The position numbers and the translations under genes were made by a program. The notes below the pieces were generated by a model. That model did not search any database. It was not told where the DNA came from and was given only the letters and a program-made list of their open reading frames with translations. From Octopus vulgaris (lineage: Eukaryota), in NCBI GenBank assembly GCA_951406725.2, contig OX597821.1, positions 96,968,001 through 97,032,000 of the forward strand: a stretch of 64,000 nt of DNA, written 5' to 3'. Shown here in pieces: positions 13,260 through 25,917 of the stretch. Numbering within the stretch: position 1 is the first letter of the stretch; the number at the start of each line of letters is the position of its first letter.

Positions 13260-14473
13260 ACCTCAACAGCACAGAGATACAGAGGCACAACCCGAGATAC
13301 AACCCAAAGAGGCAAGGCAACAGAGACACTGGCTTATATTCAAACAACAGTTTATACGACAATTATATCAAATATTTAAGGCAAACAACAAATCAATACA
13401 TCATACGGTATACCACAGATCAAAGCATTTAACAACATGCATGTAACAATATAACAGTGTTCAGTAACGACACAACAAGTCCAGATCAAATAATGTTCCC
13501 GATGCGTTACGGTCCAATCAGAACACTTCGATACATTATACAATGTTCGTATCACAACAATTCACGTTACAATTCAACAAGTCCTTTACTCAATTCACAA
13601 TGTTCTTTATCGACTACATCGACAGAGTCCTTCTTTTTCTCTCTTCTTTCTCTTCTTTTCTTTTACATCGTGACACGTATCAATACACAATCACATACCT
13701 TAATTCCCAACTGAATCGCCAGTGTCCCATTCTGCACCTCATCTCTCCGTACCGCTAATTCCCCTGTACATATTCCCTTCTGTGCCGCCAAGTTCTCTCG
13801 CATCCCAACTTGCTCCTAAGATTCCAACCGCTTGCTCCTAACTTCCAAGAATCCGACTGTGTTCTTCGAGGACCGACCACCGACTGCAAGATCCGTCTGC
13901 GTTCTTCGACGACCGCTCAACGACTGCCCTTCTTGACGACCAACTGCGAACTACCAGCCCTCACTTCGTCTCTGTCCTTCTTCCACTCCCCTCATCTCCC
14001 TCTGTCTATATCGCTCTTACCCTTTCTAACTGCCCTGGTCCTTATACCCTATCTATATCGCCTGCTGTCTCTTAGCCTTTCTATTTGCTATCTGATTCCT
14101 TACTCTATCTATATCGCCTGCTGTCTCTTAGCCTCTCCATCCGTCCCTTTAGCCTTATACTCTATCTCTATTTGCTCTCAGCCCTTAATCTGTCCCTTTT
14201 CTCTTACTGCCTATCTCTATCGCCTGCTGCCTATTACCCTCTCTTGACAGCTCTACCATACTCTCTGCCTGTCCCTCTCTGCCCCCTCATCCTCTCTCAC
14301 GACATATTCAAGGGGTGTCCAGAGCGACCCCTAATTCACCCGCACAAGGTCACAGGTCATTCCAAAACCCATTAGTCCTCCATTAAACAAAAGACTGTCA
14401 CTTTTCTACTAGACATGCCGGAACCATAATTCCAATGTGGGTCACCGGGAAATGCACCAGCTAAACCGTAACA
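13260..14473 (-). repeat. 3' LTR, with the distal ~110 bp missing at a (TA)n tract
   Basis: Colinear with 16568-17798, with roughly a dozen differences by eye. Confidence 0.92.
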
Positions 14474-14490
14474 CTACCCCCTACCTAAGC
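14474..14490 (-). promoter_or_regulatory. Polypurine tract
   Basis: Minus strand AGGTAGGGGGTAG immediately precedes the TGTTACGG start of the 3' LTR. Confidence 0.8.
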
Positions 14491-15316
14491 TTTGTCGACC
14501 CGACAAAAAGCATAACAAACCCGCACCTCCGAGGGCGAGCTCCACCAGACGCTCCTGGGTGGTTTCTCCTCCGGGGGTCTCACCTCCCACGGCCACCACC
14601 TCAGCACCAGCCACAGGTTGGCACCTTCCCTCTGCGGCTTGGGTAACACCTCCGCCAAGGCCGCCAGGCTTCCTAACTAGCCGCCCACAATAGGCGCACT
14701 GTCCGAGGAAGTTCCTCAAATCCCTTCCACAGGCAGGGTCCGGCCAATCCTTCACAGTGGCCACCTTCCTCAGGGCTCTATATCCCACGTAGCACCTCGC
14801 TGTGCCATCCCCATTCCGCGCAATTATCGCCGACGACCAGGGACCATTCCGCTTTTCCACTGTTCCCCATCGCCGATATCCCCTCTTGCGCTGCTGTACT
14901 GAGACCTTCCTCCGGCCTCGCTGCTTCCTCAAGCGACAACCGCCCTGGTCGACGAAACGTTCTGCCAGGTCCGTGCGACCAGCATCCAACAACCCCCGCG
15001 ACCAACGTCCTGCACTTTTCACCAACGGTTGCTTCTTCCGCAACTGCATCAGCGGACCACGATCTCCCTTAACTTCATCACTGCACCGGCAGAACTGACC
15101 TCGCCGCTGGTTTACCGTCCGGCGCAGTTCCACGATTTGCCCTCTGCAAATCGCCTGCGCAGCCTTCAATAACTCGGCCGACCCACCCAGCGCTCTGTCA
15201 GCCTCTGCCTCCACCAGGGTCCAGCCGACCCTCAATTGAGCTCTTTCCGCACTGCATGTCGGGCTCCACCGGCCCCACGCAACCATCAAATACAGAGCTC
15301 CCCCAAGTGCCAACAA
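14474..15316 (-). CDS. Internal ORF2 (280 aa) with degenerate Gypsy pol pieces
   Basis: GPWSSAIIARNGDGTARCYVGYRAL resembles SPWSSPVVLVxKKDGxxRFCVDYRxL; VKDWPDP..GRDLRNFLGQCAYCGRLV resembles VKDWPxPxxxKELRSFLGLxxYYRRFV; the YxDD core between them is deleted. Confidence 0.6.
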   Translation of the reverse strand: MLALGGALYLMVAWGRWSPTCSAERAQLRVGWTLVEAEADRALGGSAELLKAAQAICRGQIVELRRTVNQRRGQFCRCSDEVKGDRGPLMQLRKKQPLVKSAGRWSRGLLDAGRTDLAERFVDQGGCRLRKQRGRRKVSVQQRKRGYRRWGTVEKRNGPWSSAIIARNGDGTARCYVGYRALRKVATVKDWPDPACGRDLRNFLGQCAYCGRLVRKPGGLGGGVTQAAEGRCQPVAGAEVVAVGGETPGGETTQERLVELALGGAGLLCFLSGRQSLGRG

Positions 15317-16430
15317 AGCACCAGCGACTCCTTGCGGACCGCTTCTTCAACTGCATCCGTGGGCCACCACCTCCTTCAACTGCGTTGCCGTATCGGCAGA
15401 GCTGGCCCCACCACTGGTTCGCCATCTGGCACGATTCCTCGATTTGCCTTCTGCAAATCGCCTGTGCCACTTCCAAAAGATCGGCCGACCCAGCCAGCGC
15501 TCCACCAGCTTCTGCTTCCACTAGGGTCCACCCGACCCTCAATCGGGCTTTCACTAGGCACTGCCTGTCGGGCTCCACCGGCCCCAAGCAACCATCAACC
15601 ACAAAGCTCACCCAACGCTGAAGCAGTCTTCCTGGACTCGGTGGACCCACCACCGTTCGCAGCCGTCTCGCCTCGTCAACGGGCCTGGTCCTTTTCCTCA
15701 CCAGCTTCCGTACCGCAGGCCTCACAACACGCACGCTCGGCCGCCAGTCTATCCACGCCTGTGGCCTCTCCACAGTGGGAACCATACAGTCCTTCTGGGC
15801 CCCAAGAGACAGGAGTCCAGACACCAAAGGACCCGCACACGGCACAACACCTGCCGCGACCATCACACACAGAGCCGGAACCTCGGATTCAGCGACATTC
15901 GCCCCAGACCTCGCCAGCTCTTCGTCCTGAGCTCCGAGAGACAGGGGTCGAGATGCCAAGGGCTCCAGACACGGAACAACAGCATCAGCCATAACACCTT
16001 CCACAGGCCTTTTGGTTACTTCAACCTCTACGGGTTCCAAATCACAAGATTTCTTGGGTACAGCGTCACAAATTTCGGCAACCAGCCCAGGTTCCGCAAA
16101 CACAGCCGGTCCAGCATCACAGATTTCGGCAACACTTCCTTCACTATCTGTTTCCCTCGATGCTTCGTTCGACGGGCAATCTCTGCCCACAGGACCGTCG
16201 CTATCCTCGGTCCAACACCGATCCTTCAAAGCTGACCCATCCGCAACCTCAAGCTCCCGCTGATCTGCCCACAGGCCCTGTCGCCTCCTGTCCATTCTCT
16301 CCACGAACGCGTCCGTCTGCGCCATCTGGCCCCTTAACATCTCCACAATCAGAGCAAGCGAAATCTCCTCGTCTCCGGTCTGACAACCAGACAAATCCAT
16401 AGCGAAAAAGAACCGATCGAAACGCAGCAA
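15198..16430 (-). CDS. Internal ORF1 (410 aa), gag-like N-terminus plus internal repeats, function unknown
   Basis: Starts just after the PBS (first ATG MDLSG...); contains duplicated peptides; joins ORF2 by an apparent frameshift near 15256. Confidence 0.5.
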   Translation of the reverse strand: MLRFDRFFFAMDLSGCQTGDEEISLALIVEMLRGQMAQTDAFVERMDRRRQGLWADQRELEVADGSALKDRCWTEDSDGPVGRDCPSNEASRETDSEGSVAEICDAGPAVFAEPGLVAEICDAVPKKSCDLEPVEVEVTKRPVEGVMADAVVPCLEPLASRPLSLGAQDEELARSGANVAESEVPALCVMVAAGVVPCAGPLVSGLLSLGAQKDCMVPTVERPQAWIDWRPSVRVVRPAVRKLVRKRTRPVDEARRLRTVVGPPSPGRLLQRWVSFVVDGCLGPVEPDRQCLVKARLRVGWTLVEAEAGGALAGSADLLEVAQAICRRQIEESCQMANQWWGQLCRYGNAVEGGGGPRMQLKKRSARSRWCFVGTWGSSVFDGCVGPVEPDMQCGKSSIEGRLDPGGGRG

Positions 16431-16437
16431 TCAGGAC

Positions 16438-16456
16438 AATCCCACTTCTGACACCA
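16438..16456 (-). promoter_or_regulatory. Primer-binding site, tRNA-Leu(CAA)-type
   Basis: TGGTGTCAGAAGTGGGATT lies two bases after the LTR end and is complementary to the 3' end ...AATCCCACTTCTGACACCA of metazoan tRNA-Leu(CAA). Confidence 0.88.
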
Positions 16457-16458
16457 GT

Positions 16459-17798
16459 TGTTACGGAACGGAATCACCCGTCGTCGCCCGTCCCGAACGG
16501 CTCACACAAGTTCCGCCACGGAACCCAAAGAGGCGGAGAGAGGAGATACAGACAGATACTGCCACAACCTCAACAGCACAGAGATACAGAGGCACAACCC
16601 GAGATACAACCCAAAGAGGCAAGGCAACAACTGGCAACACTGGCTTATATTCAAACAACAGTTTATACGACAATTACAATTGTTACAACATCAAATACAT
16701 TTAAGGCAAACAACAAATCAATACATCATACGGTATACCACAGATCAAAGCATTTAACAACATGCATGTAACAATATAACAGTGTTCAGTAACGACACAA
16801 CAAGTCCAGATCAAATAATGTTCACGATGCGTTACGGTCCAATCAGAACACTTCGATACATTATACAATGTTCGTATCACAACAATTCACGTTACAATTC
16901 AACAAGTCCTTTACTCAATTCACAATGTTCTTTATCGACTACATCGACAGAGTCCTTCTTTTTCTCTCTTCTTTCTCTTCTTTTCTTTTACATCGTGACA
17001 CATATCAATACACAATCACATACCTTAATTCCTAACTGAATCGCCAGTGTCCCATTCTGCACCTCATCTCTCCGTACCGCTAATTCCCCTGTACATATTC
17101 CCTTCTGTGCCGCCAAGTTCTCTCGCATCCCAACTTGCTCCCTAAGATTCCACCGCTTGCTCCTAACTTCCAAGAATCCGACTATGTTCTTCGAGGACCG
17201 ACCACCGACTGCAAGATCCGTCTGCGTTCTTCGACGACCGCTCAACGACTGCCCTTCTTGACGACCAACTGCGAACTACCAGCCCTCACTTCGTCTCTGT
17301 CCTTCTTCCACTCCCTTCATCTCCCTCTGTCTATATCGCTCTTACCCTTTCTAACTGCCCTGGTCCTTATACCCTATCTATATCGCCTGCTGTCTCTTAG
17401 CCTTTCTATTTGCTATCTGATTCCTTACTCTATCTATATCGCCTGCTGTCTCTTAGCCTCTCCATCCGTCCCCTACTGCTTATACCCTATCTCTATTTGC
17501 TCTCAGCCCTTAATCTGTCCCTTTTCTCTTACTGCCTATCTCTATCGCCTGCTGCCTGTTACCCTCTCTTGACAGCTCTACCATACTCTCTGCCTGTCCC
17601 TCTCTGCCCCCTCATCCTCTCTCACGACATATTCAAGGGGTGTCCAGAGCGACCCCTAATTCACCCGCACAAGGTCACAGGTCATTCCAAAACCCATTAG
17701 TCCTCCATTAAACAAAAGACTGTCACTTTTCTACTAGACATGCCGGAACCATAATTCCAATGTGGGTCACCGGGAAATGCACCAGCTAAACCGTAACA
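16459..17798 (-). repeat. 5' LTR, 1340 bp, complete
   Basis: Perfect 8-bp terminal inverted repeat TGTTACGG/CCGTAACA; internal ~50-bp subrepeats (ccttataccctatctatatcgcctgctgtctcttagcct). Confidence 0.93.
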
Positions 17799-18179
17799 AT
17801 ATATATTCGTTTTATTTACTGATTGATTTTTAAAATTGTTAATTTGCAAATATTATACTAATGTATTTTCATGCAGAACTACACTATATCAAGAAACTCC
17901 CTCAAAAAATGATTGTTTGGAAAGAGTATATTCTAAATATAACTCAAAGGGGAGAAAAAGAAAGAAAGGGGGAAAAAAGGAAGGAAAAAGGTAAGAAGAA
18001 AAAGAGGAAAGAGAAAAGAGAGAAAGAGAGAAATAAAGAAAGAAAAAAGACTTTCAGTGATGATCAAACTGCACCTGTTTTTTTTTTTTAAAGAGGTAAT
18101 CATCCTTAAACCCATTCTAATACAAAGGTAAAGGACTGATTTAATAAATAAATGAATGAATGGTGAATAATTAATCCTA

Positions 18180-19715
18180 AGATAATTAATCTTTCCAAAA
18201 GAGATCTTGACAACGATGAAACCTAACTCCTGTTAAAGGGCCTGAAATTTACACCTACACCAACAGTCAACCACCATGAACAAAAAGAAGATATCCAGAA
18301 ATCCTGTTGCAAGTTACGACTTGTGGAATTCTTCACCACCAATAATAATAATAATGAAACCGAAGATTCCTTAGTGAGGAATAAATCAAATTTCACCCCA
18401 CCAAAGGGCAGAAATATCCGCCTTGACCAATATAATGATACCCTATCAAACTTTCCCCTAAAACAAAATACCAAAGTTAGGCCGAACATTAACAAATCAG
18501 AGATATCTGCACTTAAACGCATACGAAACGATGAAACAATAATAATTAAACAAGCAGATAAAGGTGGTGCAATCGTTATCATGGATGTGGAATACTACAA
18601 GGATTTAGTTGAGGACCAACTGAAAGATACAACCTTCTATTGTGAAATACCCTCGAATATAGACCACCACATCATAAAGAAGATCAACCACCTAATCTCA
18701 AAACACTACAACTCACTCACGGACAATGAAAGAGACTACATCACCAATTTCGAGTCAAAACCCAGGAACTCTTACGGCTTACCAAAAATACGTCAGAAGA
18801 TTTTCAACAGGCAGTAGAAGACCAATGAATATATAAAAGTGCTATCTCCAAAAGATTTAAAATTTAGACCAATTATAGCTGGCCCAGCATGCCCTACCCA
18901 CCGTCTAAGCAATTTCATCGACATTATTTTAAAACCATTATGTACCTACATACCCAGCTTCATTCGGGATAACATCAATTTTCTGTTCCATCTTCTCAAA
19001 ACCACTGAAACAAATTCAATCCTACTAAGCTTTGATGTAGTAAGCCTCTGCACCAATATACCATATGATTTAGGAATAAAGGCGATCAAATACTGGGTAG
19101 ATAAACATAGAGAAGTAATTCCCAACAGATTCACAGGGACATTCATATTAGATTCAGTCAGACTTATTCTGAAAAACAACACTCTTCTTCAATGGAAAGA
19201 ACTACATCCAAATTAAAGGCACGGCTATGGGAACGAGGTTTGCTCCCGTTTATGCGAACTCGGTGATGGGATACTTAGAACAAAAACTCTACCAGGAAAT
19301 AGAGGAATGATACAACACTGAATTTAGGAAGTATATTGAAAAAGCATGGAAGAGATACCTCGACGATTGCTTCATAATCTGGAAAAAATCTCAAAACACT
19401 GTGGAAGAATTCAATACCCTCCTGAACAACCTACACTCGTCCATCCAATTTATAAAGGAGACGAGCAGTACCAAATTACCATTCCTAGATATAATGGTGA
19501 TTAATAAGAACACCGCCATTACGACAGATATATATTATAAACACACAGATACACACCAATACCTGAATTTTAAATCGTGCCATCCACCGCATACAAAACG
19601 TAACATCCCATACTGCTTAGCCAGAAGAATCTGTACTATTGTAGAGGATCTAAAGACCAGAAATCAGTGCCTGATGGAACTGAAAGAATTTCTACTCAAA
19701 CAAAAATACCTGAGA
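18180..19715 (+). pseudogene. Penelope-like element RT ORF, frameshifted, 3'-truncated
   Basis: [93 protein letters not shown]. Confidence 0.93.
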
Positions 19716-20507
19716 GAGGATGAGTAGATGAAACCATGGCGACTGAAGAAGGGGTTTTTTCTTTGTGTTAATTGTCCTGTACTCTATTTTTTTGTTGTTT
19801 AAAAAAATGTCCAGTTCCTTGGGTTTGTGTCTATGTTTCCGTTTCTCATTATTGTGTTCGACGTCTTTTTTGTGTCCTGTACTCATATATATATATTGCG
19901 TGTATATATACATGTAGAGGTAGGTACGTACGTACGTATATGTTTATATATATATGCATATGTTTTATTTATTTATTAATATATATATATATATATATAT
20001 ATATTATGTGAAATAGAAAGATGAATAATCTTGTAGTAGATTAATCAAAAGTTTAACCGATACCTTAGTAGCAACACACATATATAGAACAGTATACACA
20101 CACACACGTCTCTAAGTAGATTTTTTCTCGCCCCTTATAAAACATCCAATATTCCTTAAATAGTCAGAACTTTATTCTCGGTCACAAAGAACACCTACAC
20201 ACCCTCACCCACATGATTGACCGATGCCTGACCCGTTAAATTCTTCAGCCACCGGTTCTCAACATACACTGATAAACAGTTTCGCCATGGGCTCTTAGGA
20301 GCATAGTTCGATTTGTTTTGCTCCGCCTCTGTTCTGTTTTTGTTTTTCCAACGGATTTCCTATTTTCTTCCTGAAGAGAAAGACACAATATGGTCCCATT
20401 ATTCAATCGGATTTTGGTAATTTGTGCCTTTCGAAACACGTGTAGAATGAAATAAAACGATTTCTGTTCAATCTGCGTTCAGCTCCATTTCTTCAATTCA
20501 ATAATGT

Positions 20508-20555
<48 letters not shown>

Positions 20556-20556
<1 letters not shown>

Positions 20557-21707
20557 TAGCATTAAAGACCCGTCGTTGCCGGGTCATAGTGCAAGTGCAT
20601 GTATATATGTGTATATATATGTGTACATATTACATGTACATCTATATATATACATCTACACATAAAATACAAAATACAAAGTTATATCTTGATATCGCTA
20701 GTGATAACAATACTCAAAATATATAACAGACTGGAATTGTTAGCCCGTCTCTTGTAATTTCGATCAATTGTATCTTGTCCTCCCTCTTGTATAGAAGTGT
20801 GGCTACAATCCAGCCTACCTCTACTTCGTGGGGGGGGGGGGCATTTTAATTTTTTTTCCGGGACGTCCAGATATAAAGGTAAAAATAAAATATTTCCACT
20901 TTGCAAGTTCGAGTCGAGTACTCCCTTGCACGCTCCGTTGACTCGAACCTTGCTTCTATTGTGGCGAATTTACCGCCTCTAATTAGAAACCTTTCATAGT
21001 TGCACCAAGACACTTTTCGAAGGTGCTTTCCTCCATGTGTTCAAATCTTCTTTTTTCTCTACATTGTATACTTTATAGACAATAGTCTTTTCTTTAATTT
21101 CATTTTTTTATTATCCATCTGGACTATTCCATTTCTGCACGCTAATTTTATTTTTAATATATTCACATTCATGTGAAACCACTTATTCAAGTTCAAATCA
21201 TTGATGCAATTTTATACCAATTGCTATTTTTACTTTTGTCATGTTACTTTAGTTTGATTTTAATTATTACTTACTACATATAATTCAATTGTTATTATTA
21301 TTTTTATTGTTAAAGTGAAAGTATCTGACATAAAATAGAGAAACGTTTTTGTTTCACTTTTAACACGTAATACTGAAATAGTGGAGAAGATATGATATTG
21401 CTATGGGCTCGCTCCAGGCAAGAAGTTGAACTACATGGACCCTAAGTAAGGCATGTGTAAAATTTGAATGGAATTGGTTGTGTAGTTCTCAAGTTTTAGG
21501 GAATCGTAGTGGAGAAGATATGTTATTGCTGTAGGCTCGCCCTAGGCAAAAAGTTAAAATAATTTCTTGCCGATGACACTTCCCGGACCCTAAGTAAGGC
21601 ATGTGTAAAATTTGAATGAAATTTTTTGTGTAGTTCTCAAGTTTTAGGGAAACACACAGACAGACAGACAGACAGGCAGACACACATTCTCAGTTTTATA
21701 TATATAA

Positions 21708-21710
<3 letters not shown>
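20556..21710 (-). mobile_element. Non-autonomous Helitron (1155 bp)
   Basis: Minus strand 5' TCTTTATATATATAAAA...; 3' hairpin GACCCGGCAACGACGGGTC then ...CTAG; inserted between A and T; internal ~120-bp duplication at 21379-21650. Confidence 0.75.
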
Positions 21711-21753
<43 letters not shown>

Positions 21754-21755
21754 GT

Positions 21756-22014
21756 GGAGGCGCAATGGCCCAGTGGTTAGGGCAGCGGACTCGCGGTCGT
21801 AGGATCGCGGTCTCGATTCCCAGACCGGGCGTTGTGAGTGTTTATTGAGCGAAAACACCTAAAAGCTCCACGAGGCTCCGGCAGTGGTGATCCCTGCTGT
21901 ACTCTTTCACCACTCTTTCTCCCACTCTTTCTTCTGATGGCCTGCTCGCTTAGCCAGCGGGGTGGCGTCATTCGAAGGCTAAAACAATGCGAACGTCGGT
22001 CACGTGATCACGTG

Positions 22015-22015
<1 letters not shown>
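21756..22015 (+). mobile_element. tRNA-derived SINE family B, near full length
   Basis: A box TGGCCCAGTGG, B box GGTCTCGATTCC, then a non-tRNA body shared with 744-965 and a cacgtgat repeat tail. Confidence 0.88.
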
Positions 22016-22045
<30 letters not shown>

Positions 22046-22049
22046 TGTA

Positions 22050-22272
22050 TGTATGTATATGTCTGTATTTGTCTCCCCACCATAGCTTGACAACCGGTGT
22101 TAGTGTGTTTACGTCCCCGTAACTTAGCGGTTCGGCAAAAGAGAACAATAGAATATGTACTAGGCTTACAAAGAATAAACCGTGGGGTCGATTTGTTCAA
22201 CTAAAGGCGGTGCATTCGGAATGGCCGCAGTCAAATGGCTGGAACAAATAAAAGAATAAAAGAATAAAAGAA
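22050..22272 (+). mobile_element. SINE family A, 3' half
   Basis: gcttgacaaccggtg...cgtaacttagcggttcggcaaaagag...(ataaaaga)n tail. Confidence 0.85.
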
Positions 22273-22280
22273 TATATACA

Positions 22281-22994
22281 TGTAACGGAAATAATTGATT
22301 TGGTACAGTTACCAATTGTTACGGTAGAAATTGAATTGTAAACAATATTATGAAATGTTATGGTCAGCAGTTGTGACGATAAGAGTTTGTTATTAAAACG
22401 GCAAGTTGTAAAATGTGTAAGATGAACAATGCACGAAGTTTAAAGAAAATGTTTATTTACCGTTACGTTATAATACGTTGCCTTGACGGGCATCCAAACG
22501 CATGCGGTAGAATGAATGTTTGAGTTTGGGTTCTCTTCATGGTTTAGTAGTAATTGCTGAGAGAGATAGAATGATGTTGTAAGAGAACAGAATCAGAGCT
22601 AGAGAGAATGGTAGGGTTTTGTCTCACAGTTGCTTTCTCCCTCTGACCAAGGCTGGTCAGCCAGATCTCGTTGAGTCGTCACGATGTGACTGACTGATTT
22701 TTGCTAGAGATGTGCTTGCTCATATTAAGATCCAGAAGGATAGATATATCATTGAGAAAAAAAGATTTAGTTGGTGGTCTTGTTATCTATTCTAGCTTTT
22801 GGTGAAGTAGAAGAGGTTAGAAAGGGTCAAGTGGTGAAGACATTATTTTGGCTTAGCTAAAGGCATCTGGAAAATGTAAAACTGCTCCCAGAGAAAAATC
22901 ATCGTACCATCGTGGGAAAAGTTCTGCCGCGGTGTTAATTTAAATTTGGCTGTGGTGAATCGAATCCACTTCATAGCATGCAAGATCCGCTACA
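22281..22994. mobile_element. Probable solo LTR (714 bp), second family
   Basis: TGTAACGGA...TCCGCTACA near-perfect terminal inverted repeat with TG..CA ends; flanks TACA/TATA form an imperfect TSD; no ORF. Confidence 0.6.
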
Positions 22995-23127
22995 TATATA
23001 TACATGAACAAATCAAAATATGAGAGATTGTTTATATAAGATAAAATGTTACACTATCCTACGTACAAGTTTTAAACATCGGTTATTATTAATTACATAT
23101 TCAACACTTACTGTCGAATCGTCCGAC

Positions 23128-23524
23128 ATACTCTATACTCTTACTTGTTTCAGTCATTTGACTGCGGCCATGCTGGAGCACCGCCTTTAGTCGAGCAAAT
23201 CGACCCCGGGACTTATTCTTTGTAAGCCCAGTACTTATTCTATCGGTCTCTTTTACCGAACAGCTAAGTGACGTGGACATAAACACACCAGCATCGATTG
23301 TCAAGCAATGCTAGGGGGACAAACACAGACACACAAACACACACACACATATATATACATATATACGACAGGCTTCTTTCAGTTTCCGTCTACCAAATCC
23401 ACTCACAAGGCTTTGGTCGGCCCGGGGCTATAGCAGAAGACACTTGCCCAAGATGCCACGCAGTGGGACTGAACCCGGAACCATGTGGTTGGTTAGCAAG
23501 CTACTTACCACACAGCCACTCCTG
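23128..23524 (-). mobile_element. SINE family A (duplicate at 25524-25917)
   Basis: tRNA-like head (A box TGGCTGTGTGG, B box GGTTCAGTCC), CORE-like cttgggcaagtgtctt, internal microsatellite, gtaa(aa)ga tail. Confidence 0.92.
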
Positions 23525-23770
23525 GTTGGTCCATTCTAAACACCACTACATGTCTATTTTTATGTTATACTATAGGAATAAAAAAAAATTACAATATTCA
23601 TCATCGCAGAGGTGGCCTGGGATTCTACCCAAAGATCTTGGGAATATATAATGCGTACACGTAGTACACTTTATGTTGAGCTTTGTATACATGGATGCAT
23701 AAAGTAGTGCGCACACATATTTTTCTATACATCAATCATGCGTGAAGGCGCATCATTAGGAATCTGATAT

Positions 23771-24152
23771 ACTCTCTTTACTCTTTTACTTGTTTCAGTC
23801 ATTTGACTGCGGCCATGCTGGGGCACCGCCTTTAGTTGAGCAACTCGACCCCGGGACTTATTCTATCGGTCTGTTTTTGCTGAACCGCTAAGTGACGCGG
23901 GACGTAAACACAACAGCATCGGTTGTCAAACAATGCTAGGGGGACAATCACAGACACACAAACACACACACATATATAAATATACATATATACGACAGGC
24001 TTCTTTCAGTTTCCGTCTACCAAATGCACTCACAAGGCATTGGTCGGCCCGGGGCTATAGCAGAAGACACTTGCCCAAGATGCCACGCAACCATGAACCC
24101 GGAACCATGTGGTTGGTTAGCAAGCTACTTACCACACAGCCACTCCTGCGCC
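23771..24152 (-). mobile_element. SINE family A (duplicate at 26164-26545)
   Basis: Same structure; carries a small B-box lesion shared with its duplicate. Confidence 0.92.
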
Positions 24153-24600
24153 TCTATTCGATGAAATTAGGTTATCTATATAATTAATAAACATGTACTC
24201 CCTGTAGTATATATCCCTGTAGTGGATATATAGGCATATATCTGTATATGTATATGCCTATCTAAGTATTTGCATGTCTTTGTATATGCCAGTTTCAATA
24301 TCTGTATGACCCTGTTCGTTGGTCATTTTGTGCGCATATCTTTTTTTAATTTGTCTCTGTATATATGTGCGCGCGTGCGTTTGTACATATATGAGTGTAT
24401 GCATATAGACAGGTAAAATTAGGTATATGTGTGTGTGCATGTGTGTATGCATGTGTGTGTAAGGATGCATATGTATATCTAGGGATTTAGGTGTAAGTGC
24501 CTGTGTACGTCAATATATGTGCACGTACGTGTCTATTTGTAAATATGTGCATGAATGTATACATATGTGTGCGCGTGTGTGTATAGATATACATACATAA

Positions 24601-24639
<39 letters not shown>

Positions 24640-24801
24640 CATTTATATATACATACATATACATACATATATGAGTGTGTTTATGTGTGCGTGTGTTTGT
24701 ATATGCATCTTTGTATATATGTGTGTATGCATATATCTGTGTATATGTATATCTTTGTATATATGTATGTATATACATATACATATATGTATATACATAT
24801 A

Positions 24802-24862
<61 letters not shown>

Positions 24863-25523
24863 CGTTGCCTTGACGGGCAGGTTGATAAATCCAAACGCAT
24901 GCGGTAGAATGTTTGAGTTTGGGTTCTCTTCATGGTTTAGTAGTAATTGCTGAGAGAGATAGAATGATGTTGTAAGAGAACAGAATCAGAGCTAGAGAGA
25001 ATGGTAGGGTTTTGTCTCACAGTTGCTTTCTCCCTCTGACCAAGGCTGGTCAGCCAGATCTCGTTGAGTCGTCACGATGTGACTGACTGATTTTTGCTAG
25101 AGATGTGCTTGCTCATATTAAGATCCAGAAGGATAGATATATCATTGAGAACAAAAGATTTAGTTGGTGGTCTTGTTATCTATTCTAGCTTTTGGTGAAG
25201 TAGAAGAGGTTAGAAAGGGTCAAGTGGTGAAGACATTATTTTGGCTTAGCTAAAGGCATCTGGAAAATGTAAAACTGCTCCCAGAGAAAAATCATCGTAC
25301 CATCGTGGGAAAAGTTCTGCCGCGGTGTTAATTTAAATTTGGCTGTGGTGAATCGAATCCACTTCATAGCATGCAAGATCCGCTACATATATATACATGA
25401 ACAAATCAAAATATGAGAGATTGTTTATATAAGATAAAATTGTTACACTATCCTACGTACAAGTTTTTAACATCGGTTATTATTAATTACATATTCAATA
25501 CTTACTGTCGAATCGTCCGACAT

Positions 25524-25917
25524 ACTCTATACTCTTACTTGTTTCAGTCATTTGACTGCGGCCATGCTGGAGCACCGCCTTTTAGTCGAGCAAATCGACC
25601 CCGGGACTTATTCTTTGTAAGCCCAGTACTTATTCTATCGGTCTCTTTTACCGAACCGCTAAGTGACGTGGACATAAACACACCAGCATCGATTGTCAAG
25701 CAATGCTAGGGGGACAAACACAGACACACAAACACACACACACATATATATACATATATACGACAGGCTTCTTTCAGTTTCCGTCTACCAAATCCACTCA
25801 CAAGGCATTGGTTGGCCCGGGGCTATAGCAGAAGACACTTGCCCAAGATGCCACGCAGTGGACTGAACCCGGAACCATGTGGTTGGTTAGCAAGCTACTT
25901 ACCACACAGCCACTCCT
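25524..25917 (-). mobile_element. SINE family A
   Basis: Duplicate of 23128-23524. Confidence 0.92.

Larger units (their letters stand above)
13260..17798 (-). mobile_element. Non-autonomous Gypsy/Ty3-type LTR retrotransposon, recent
   Basis: Two near-identical LTRs (16459-17798 and about 13260-14473), TGTTACGG...CCGTAACA termini, tRNA-Leu PBS, PPT, and a 2-kb internal region with pol remnants; sits in (TA)n. Confidence 0.93.

Noticed and set aside
13457-14375. Repeated ORFs within both LTRs (85, 145 and 96 aa)
   Set aside because: They recur only because the LTRs are duplicates; low-complexity products of LTR subrepeats.
15236-16402. Plus-strand ORFs (252, 121, 83 and 80 aa) inside the LTR element
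   Set aside because: Antisense shadows in GC-rich sequence; PBS, PPT and pol motifs define the minus strand as sense.
21756-21830. tRNA gene
   Set aside because: A and B boxes are present, but the sequence continues into a SINE body with no proper acceptor stem or terminator; the same holds for family A and C heads.
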